A DNA stretch of 64,000 nucleotides. Source: Saprospiraceae bacterium (lineage in GTDB: Bacteria; Bacteroidota; Bacteroidia; Chitinophagales; Saprospiraceae). Where the stretch lies: positions 38,621 through 102,620 of the forward strand of contig JBGTBR010000056.1 in NCBI GenBank assembly GCA_041749255.1, written 5' to 3'. The notes under the pieces were generated by a model. It was not told where the DNA came from. It did not search any database and saw nothing but the letters and a program-made list of their open reading frames with translations. Both the position numbers and the translations under genes were made by a program. Within the stretch, counting starts at the first letter, position 1. Each line of letters opens with the position of its first letter. Shown in pieces: positions 58,728-64,000 of this stretch.

Positions 58728-59384
58728 TCAATCTAAAATTTTATTTTCAATAGCTATTCTCACCAATCCTGCACTGTTTCGGGCATTTAATTTTGCAAGC
58801 AATGAGGATCGGTGGGTCTCGACTGTTTTAAGGCTAATAAAAAGTTTCTCGGCGATTTCAGGTGTAGTGTATTCTTCTATTATGAGTTTGAGGATCTCCT
58901 TCTCTCTCCTTGAAACTTTTGGCAGAAACGCATTGGTCTTTGCAGATTTTTTTCGTCTCTTCATCAAAGAATTCATGATGGTTTGGGTCACGTCTTTACT
59001 GAAATAGGTTTGTCCACTATGTACAGTCTCGATGGCTTTAATCAATTCATCCTTTCCTGTATTTTTAAGGATATATCCTTTTGCCCCATTATTGAGCATT
59101 TCTGTAACCATGCTTTCTTCATTGAACATTGAAATGGCAATGATCTTAATATCGCCATTGGTTTCTATCAATCGCTTGCACACTTCGATACCATTTAGTT
59201 CGGGTAAATTGATATCCAGAAGGATAATATCAATCTTATTATTTTTTACAAAATCAATTACCGATGGACCATCATAGCATTTTCCTTTGACAGAAATATT
59301 TACTTCATCTTTTAAAATGGAGTCTAAACCATCTACAAACATAGCGTGGTCATCAGCAATTACCAATTCTATCATATTCCGCAA
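58728..59384 (-). CDS. NarL/FixJ (LuxR-type HTH) response regulator
   Basis: REC domain (VIADDH, DIILLDINLP, KIIAISM, K at GAKGYILK) and a C-terminal HTH (LSRREKEILKLIIEEYTTPEIAEKLFISLKTVETHR). Confidence 0.9.
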   Translation of the reverse strand: MRNMIELVIADDHAMFVDGLDSILKDEVNISVKGKCYDGPSVIDFVKNNKIDIILLDINLPELNGIEVCKRLIETNGDIKIIAISMFNEESMVTEMLNNGAKGYILKNTGKDELIKAIETVHSGQTYFSKDVTQTIMNSLMKRRKKSAKTNAFLPKVSRREKEILKLIIEEYTTPEIAEKLFISLKTVETHRSSLLAKLNARNSAGLVRIAIENKILD

Positions 59385-59625
59385 CTTATTATCGACACGA
59401 TTTAAAAATTACTTTCACTTGTTGTCGTCCGGGCGCTTTTTGAAAAACTTCATTCAAAATGATTGATTTTGAGCTTAGAAATAGTATTTCGTTGACATTC
59501 AATAAACTACTCCCCCATGTAACCATCCCATATAAGGATATATTTTAAAATCACTTCGATATTTAAATATTAACGGAAATCCTTATTCCAATGGTATGGC
59601 TAAATTACTCTGGAAGAACGCAAAA

Positions 59626-59647
59626 AATTCAGGGTTTTCCCTGAATT
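59626..59647 (-). terminator. 9-bp perfect hairpin followed by a T-run on the minus strand
   Basis: AATTCAGGG-TTTT-CCCTGAATT preceded by AAAAAA on the plus strand, which is TTTTTT after the hairpin on the minus strand. No annotated minus-strand gene ends here. Confidence 0.4.
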
Positions 59648-59728
59648 TATAAAATGGGGGTAAACATGGATGTAGGAAGGATAAATTCAAACCATATTTG
59701 TAATATCAAAAGCAAATAAAAAAACGCA

Positions 59729-59920
59729 ATGCAAAAAGAATTACAAGGAGAAAGCTTAGACCGGTTTACAAGGTGGGCTTTATACCTGATTCTTGCAAGC
59801 GTCACATTCGGAGGTAAATTGCTTAAAACACATACTCCGCAAAAACAGGAAAAGTTCGTTTTAGATAGTTATTTCAAAATGGAAGATTCTGTACAGGCTC
59901 CTGTAGAGGATTTTCAGTAA
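59729..59920 (+). CDS. Possible small membrane protein (63 aa)
   Basis: An ORF with one hydrophobic helix (WALYLILASVTFGG). No homology is recognised, so coding status is uncertain. Confidence 0.3.
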   Translation: MQKELQGESLDRFTRWALYLILASVTFGGKLLKTHTPQKQEKFVLDSYFKMEDSVQAPVEDFQ

Positions 59921-59982
59921 AAGTCGGTCGTCTAAAGAGACAACCCACGTTAAAATTTTCTTTTATCGGTTTACGGAAATGA

Positions 59983-60106
59983 GCAATAAGAGAGTTAAGG
60001 GGCCTTGCGCCCGGTTTATGCCTAATAATACACAATTATCCAATTCCGCCCATCGGCTCTATTTACCCAATAAATAGCGGTAAGGCAACCTTAACTCAAT
60101 TATTGC
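59983..60106 (+). other. Candidate structured RNA element
   Basis: GCAATAA/TTATTGC, GAGTTAAGG/CCTTAACTC and GCCTT/AAGGC stack into a long closing stem. An internal hairpin CTATTTA-CCCAA-TAAATAG lies at 60059-60077. Confidence 0.3.
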
Positions 60107-60166
60107 ATCATAAAAAAAGTAAAAGATTCAATGCTCATTGGGATTGACATTTGCATTAAACTAAAA

Positions 60167-60204
60167 GAATAACCTCAAAAAGTTGTAGGTTATTCTTTTT
60201 TTTT
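60167..60204 (+). terminator. Strong intrinsic terminator
   Basis: GAATAACCT (60167-60175) pairs with AGGTTATTC (60187-60195), followed by nine T. Confidence 0.7.
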
Positions 60205-60289
60205 GACCATGCAAACCTTTGCAATTTAATAATAGGAACAAATTACCCTATCTTTACAATGTTGTTTGTTCTCTTTATGTTATCGATAT

Positions 60290-62098
60290 ATGGCTGGATT
60301 CTACAAATATTTTTTGTTTCCTCTTCTCTTCCTGTCGTGTTTATCCAACACAGCACTCTGTCAGGTTCACCTCGATTCTATTTACACATTACAAGAACTC
60401 AATCAAATTCTCAAAGAATCAAGGGATAATTACATTTCCAGTTCAGTAAAAACACCGGATGATGAGAAAAAATTGGCGGATGCCTATTTCTTAATGGCTG
60501 AATATGAGGAAAGAAAATTCAACCATAAAAGATCATTCGACATGTATAAGGAAAGTTTAATTCATTATAAACTGTCTAATGATACGACACAAATAATGAA
60601 GATAACCCGGTCGATAGCATTCCGGTCTAAAGAAGCAGGCTTATACAGTGAGGCACTCTCATTATACAATGAAGTCATTTCATACTACGAAAGCAAAAAC
60701 GACCTGATCATGATGGCCAGGCTATATGCTGAAGTAGCCCACTTATATGCTGAAAGGGGAGATGCTGAAGCAGAACAAAGCTATATCAATAGAGCAATTG
60801 CACTCAATGAGACCATCAATGATACTACATTGATGATACGCTTTATAATGGACAAAACAGCCAATTATGAAAGACTCAATGAAATTGACAGTGCTTTGCT
60901 GTTCGCATTTGATGCTTTTAAACTGGCTGATCAAATTGGAGATAATCTAATGATCAGCAAAAGTCTCTACACCATTGGATATCTGAATCGATTACATTCT
61001 GAGTACCAACTCGCTATCAAATACCTGTTGCAAAGCCTTATCTTGCTTGAGCATAAGCCCTACGACGAACATAGGAGAAATGTGTACAAGAGTTTGTCTG
61101 AAACATATTCCAGGCTCAATGATTATGATCACGCTTACAGATATGCTTTAATGTATTCTGCACTCAATGATTCCATCTTGCAGAAAGACAGAGTAGAAGC
61201 TATGAACAATGCTGCAGTCCGGTTTGATGTAGCTCAAAAAGAAAAAGATATTGCCATACTCGAATTGGAAAAAATCAATACCCAAAAAGCAAATCAAATC
61301 CAAAGAAGGGCTTTATATCTCCTCACAGGAGGGTTACTTTTATTGCTTTTGCTCATTTATTATTTGGTGAGGTTCTATTCACAAAAAATAAGAACAGAAA
61401 AGATCATTTCACAACAGATCAAGGAAATCAATCATCAGAAAATGAGAGAGATGGAAGTCAATATGAAAATGAACTCAATGGAATCGGTTATTGAAGGACA
61501 GGAAATTGAAAGGGAGAGAATTGCCAAAGATTTGCACGACAGTCTTGGAGGATTGTTGTCTACCATCAAGTTACAGTTTGATTCTATCAGATCGGGAAAT
61601 GGCAGCCTTACCCAAACACGTGAATATAATAAAGCCAATGATCTATTAGATACGGCAGTAGCTGAGGTGAGAGCCATTTCGCAAAATTTACAACCTGGAT
61701 CCCTGGTGAAACTGGGACTTATACCTGCTATCAACGACCTGATTAATCGATTTGAAGTAGACGGCAATCCCGATATCGATTTTCAATATTACGGGGTTCC
61801 TGAGAAAATGAATCACATTGTAGCTTTATCTGTGTACAGGATCATTCAGGAACTTTTACACAATACCACAAAACACGCTGAAGCCAAAGAAATACTTCTC
61901 CAAATCAATACCCTTGGTGATGAATTAATCATCCAATTTGAAGATGACGGAATAGGTTTTGATATCAATAATATCGAAAAAAGAGGGATGGGAATTGACA
62001 ATATTTTTTCCCGTGTTCATTACTTAAAAGGTACCATCGAAATTGATTCTAAACCTGGTGAAGGCACTTCTTACCTCATCCAGATAAAACTCAAATGA
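60290..62098 (+). CDS. Sensor histidine kinase (periplasmic TPR sensor, HisKA_3 plus HATPase_c; NarL-type partner)
   Basis: A signal peptide from the ATG at 60290, TPR-like repeats, one TM helix (ALYLLTGGLLLLLLLIYYLV), the H-box ERERIAKDLHDSLGG, and N/G boxes (HNTTKHA, DDGIGF, GMGIDN). Confidence 0.88.
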   Translation: MAGFYKYFLFPLLFLSCLSNTALCQVHLDSIYTLQELNQILKESRDNYISSSVKTPDDEKKLADAYFLMAEYEERKFNHKRSFDMYKESLIHYKLSNDTTQIMKITRSIAFRSKEAGLYSEALSLYNEVISYYESKNDLIMMARLYAEVAHLYAERGDAEAEQSYINRAIALNETINDTTLMIRFIMDKTANYERLNEIDSALLFAFDAFKLADQIGDNLMISKSLYTIGYLNRLHSEYQLAIKYLLQSLILLEHKPYDEHRRNVYKSLSETYSRLNDYDHAYRYALMYSALNDSILQKDRVEAMNNAAVRFDVAQKEKDIAILELEKINTQKANQIQRRALYLLTGGLLLLLLLIYYLVRFYSQKIRTEKIISQQIKEINHQKMREMEVNMKMNSMESVIEGQEIERERIAKDLHDSLGGLLSTIKLQFDSIRSGNGSLTQTREYNKANDLLDTAVAEVRAISQNLQPGSLVKLGLIPAINDLINRFEVDGNPDIDFQYYGVPEKMNHIVALSVYRIIQELLHNTTKHAEAKEILLQINTLGDELIIQFEDDGIGFDINNIEKRGMGIDNIFSRVHYLKGTIEIDSKPGEGTSYLIQIKLK

Positions 62099-63009
62099 TG
62101 CTCTCCGAAGATATCCGGATTCCCAGTCCGGTGGAAGAGATTGACTTACCTATTTTCAGGGAAAAGAAAGTAAAGGTGTTTGTCAAAAGAGAGGATCTGA
62201 TACATCCTATGCTTTCTGGCAATAAATGGAGAAAATTAAAATACAACCTGGATCATTACACTTCAAACGGATATAGTCGTATGATTACATTCGGAGGAGC
62301 GTTTTCTAATCATCTGCATGCATTTGCGTCTGCCTGTAAAATTTTTTCTGTTGCCGGAACTGCATTTGTAAGAGGTGATGGATTCGACGCCAGCAACCCT
62401 ACCCTCACCCATCTGAAAGATTGCGGCGTAGAAATGGTTTTTTTGGATAGAGAAGCTTACAAACTTAAACAACAGGCAAAAAAAGCCATGGAATATTTAA
62501 AATCCGGAAAGGTTTTCATATTGCCGGAAGGAGGTAGCAATGAGCTGGGTATGAAGGGAGTAAAAGAAATGATGGAAGAAGTCCATCCTATGATGCCTAC
62601 TCCCGATGTGATACTTGTATCTGCAGGTACCGGATGTACCGCAGCAGGAATTATTGCCTGTACAAATATTAAAGTTGAAGTATATCCTGCACTCAAAGGT
62701 TCATTCATGCCTGATTTGATCAATCAACATTTAAATGGGGTTCGTGTAAATTTTAAATGTATAGAAGATTACCATTTTGGCGGTTATGCCAAAGTAAGCG
62801 AAGATTTAGTGTCGTTTATCCGGGCATTCAAAGAAGATACTGGGATACCGTTGGACACGGTTTATACGGGTAAATTGTTTTACGGTATGGTAGAGAGAAT
62901 TAAAAAAGATATGTACGCCAAAGGCTCAGTCCTGTTAGCCATTCACACCGGAGGATTGCAGGGCATTGAGGGATTTAACAGTAGGTTTGGATCAAAATTC
63001 AGGCTTTAA
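62095..63009 (+). CDS. PLP-dependent 1-aminocyclopropane-1-carboxylate deaminase / D-cysteine desulfhydrase-family enzyme
   Basis: SGNKWRKLKYNL (PLP-lysine region), GGAFSNH and AIHTGGLQG. Its start overlaps the kinase stop as ATGA. Confidence 0.8.
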   Translation: MMLSEDIRIPSPVEEIDLPIFREKKVKVFVKREDLIHPMLSGNKWRKLKYNLDHYTSNGYSRMITFGGAFSNHLHAFASACKIFSVAGTAFVRGDGFDASNPTLTHLKDCGVEMVFLDREAYKLKQQAKKAMEYLKSGKVFILPEGGSNELGMKGVKEMMEEVHPMMPTPDVILVSAGTGCTAAGIIACTNIKVEVYPALKGSFMPDLINQHLNGVRVNFKCIEDYHFGGYAKVSEDLVSFIRAFKEDTGIPLDTVYTGKLFYGMVERIKKDMYAKGSVLLAIHTGGLQGIEGFNSRFGSKFRL

Positions 63010-63013
63010 ACCA

Positions 63014-63055
63014 TTTTCAATTACGATTTATCAATTACGAATTACGATTTACGAG
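63014..63055. repeat. ATTACGA-type heptamer repeat patch
   Basis: TTTTCAATTACGATTTATCAATTACGAATTACGATTTACGAG overlaps the last codons of purN. Confidence 0.6.
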
Positions 63056-63630
63056 ACAACTTCCATCTCTTGTAAAATATAATGAATAACTCGTGGATAA
63101 TATTGATGCTCAAGTGACAATACCCGGCGAGCAATATCATCCGGTGAATCTTCCTTTTTCACAGGGCAGGAGACCTGAAACAAAATCTTTCCTTCATCAA
63201 AATTTTCATTGACCAGATGGACTGTCATTCCGGATAATTTTTCACCACTTTCTTTTACCGCCTTATGAACGCTCATTCCATACATACCTTTTCCTCCGAA
63301 TTTAGGCAACAATGCCGGATGGATATTTAATATTCTGTTTTCAAAGGCTTCTACCAAATATGCTGGAATCAGCCACAAAAATCCTGCTAATACTATTAGA
63401 TCAATTTTTCTACTATCCAGTTCAGCCAGAATGTATTTTTCGTGATAAAAGCTGTCTCTGGTAATCAATAACCATGGGATACTATGGTTTTCTGCCTTTT
63501 GTATGACAGCAGCAGTGGGGTTATTACACAAAATGAGTGAAACCTCAATATCGTTTTTTCCTGAAAAATAATTGATAATACTTTGGGCATTACTGCCACC
63601 ACCTGAAGCGAAAATGGCTATACTTTTCAC
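63049..63630 (-). CDS. purN: Phosphoribosylglycinamide formyltransferase
   Basis: IAIFASGGGSNAQ and NIHPALLPKFGGKGMYG motifs. The GTG start overlaps the upstream stop as GTGA. Confidence 0.92.
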   Translation of the reverse strand: MKSIAIFASGGGSNAQSIINYFSGKNDIEVSLILCNNPTAAVIQKAENHSIPWLLITRDSFYHEKYILAELDSRKIDLIVLAGFLWLIPAYLVEAFENRILNIHPALLPKFGGKGMYGMSVHKAVKESGEKLSGMTVHLVNENFDEGKILFQVSCPVKKEDSPDDIARRVLSLEHQYYPRVIHYILQEMEVVS

Positions 63631-64000
63631 CGCAATACATTGTACCTGGTCGCATTGGAAGGATCAATTCTTACTAGAGTGGTATAGACACTGGTTTTTT
63701 CACCAGAGTCTGCTACTTTAAAGATTTCAATTATTTCATTGGATTTTGAATCTACAATAGTATTAAGCAGGTAACTATTGGGATATGAAGTATTGGCTTC
63801 ATTCATTGTTTTCATGGCTGTAAGAATTACTGCCCTACCCTTGTCGGGCTCTTCTGCCATGATGTCCAGTCCTTTACGGTGGTAATCGTAAAATGCAGTT
63901 CTTACATTTCGCATTCTCGGATTGAAAATATTTTCAATGAGCCAAAACCGATTTCTGGGTCCGCTATTTTGATTCCACCCCCTATCATTGGTGCTTATAG
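63627..64000 (-). CDS. Hypothetical protein, C-terminal part only (N-terminus lies beyond the window)
   Basis: The reading frame of ORF 63627..63914 stays open to nt 64000 (ISTNDRGWNQNSGPRNRFWLIENIFNPRM...). No family is recognised. Confidence 0.5.
   Translation of the reverse strand, partial: ISTNDRGWNQNSGPRNRFWLIENIFNPRMRNVRTAFYDYHRKGLDIMAEEPDKGRAVILTAMKTMNEANTSYPNSYLLNTIVDSKSNEIIEIFKVADSGEKTSVYTTLVRIDPSNATRYNVLR

Overview
This is a 64-kb chromosomal segment from a Bacteroidota-type genome. The evidence for that assignment is a SusC/SusD pair, TAnnTTTG-type -7 promoter boxes, and several DUF families typical of the phylum. I call about 55 protein genes. Most are housekeeping: rpsT, sucA, dprA, rimP-nusA-infB, rnr, icd, rarA, gatC, folE and purN. 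There is one tRNA-Leu(CAG), a Cus/Czc-type heavy-metal RND efflux island with several small Cys-motif proteins, an orphan SusC/SusD pair, and a NarL-type two-component system. I found no rRNA, CRISPR array, integrase, transposase or recognisable defence system.

The most unusual signal is non-coding. Three long intergenic loci (27.76-28.68 kb, 36.74-37.55 kb, 44.12-44.63 kb) are built almost entirely of 6-8 nt tandem repeats arranged in a fixed module order. These repeats surround two conserved non-repetitive cores: core A (4 copies) and module B (3 copies). One locus forms a higher-order array of four ~112-147 bp superunits next to the tRNA. I do not recognise this as any described repeat class.

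Secondary leads are:
- a glycine-rich (ALK/LTK GlyR-like) protein with an IPTL-CTERM-like tail
- a 185-bp nested-palindrome, MITE-like element
- a putative operon of five same-strand genes (cytochrome c peroxidase, cytochrome c, OB-fold protein, YceI, beta-barrel)
- variant four-Cys heavy-metal-binding-domain proteins
- a CusA with an inserted block of four extra hydrophobic helices
- a structured, terminator-flanked spacer between the response regulator and histidine kinase genes

All functional calls come from reading motifs in the supplied translations. No database search was run.
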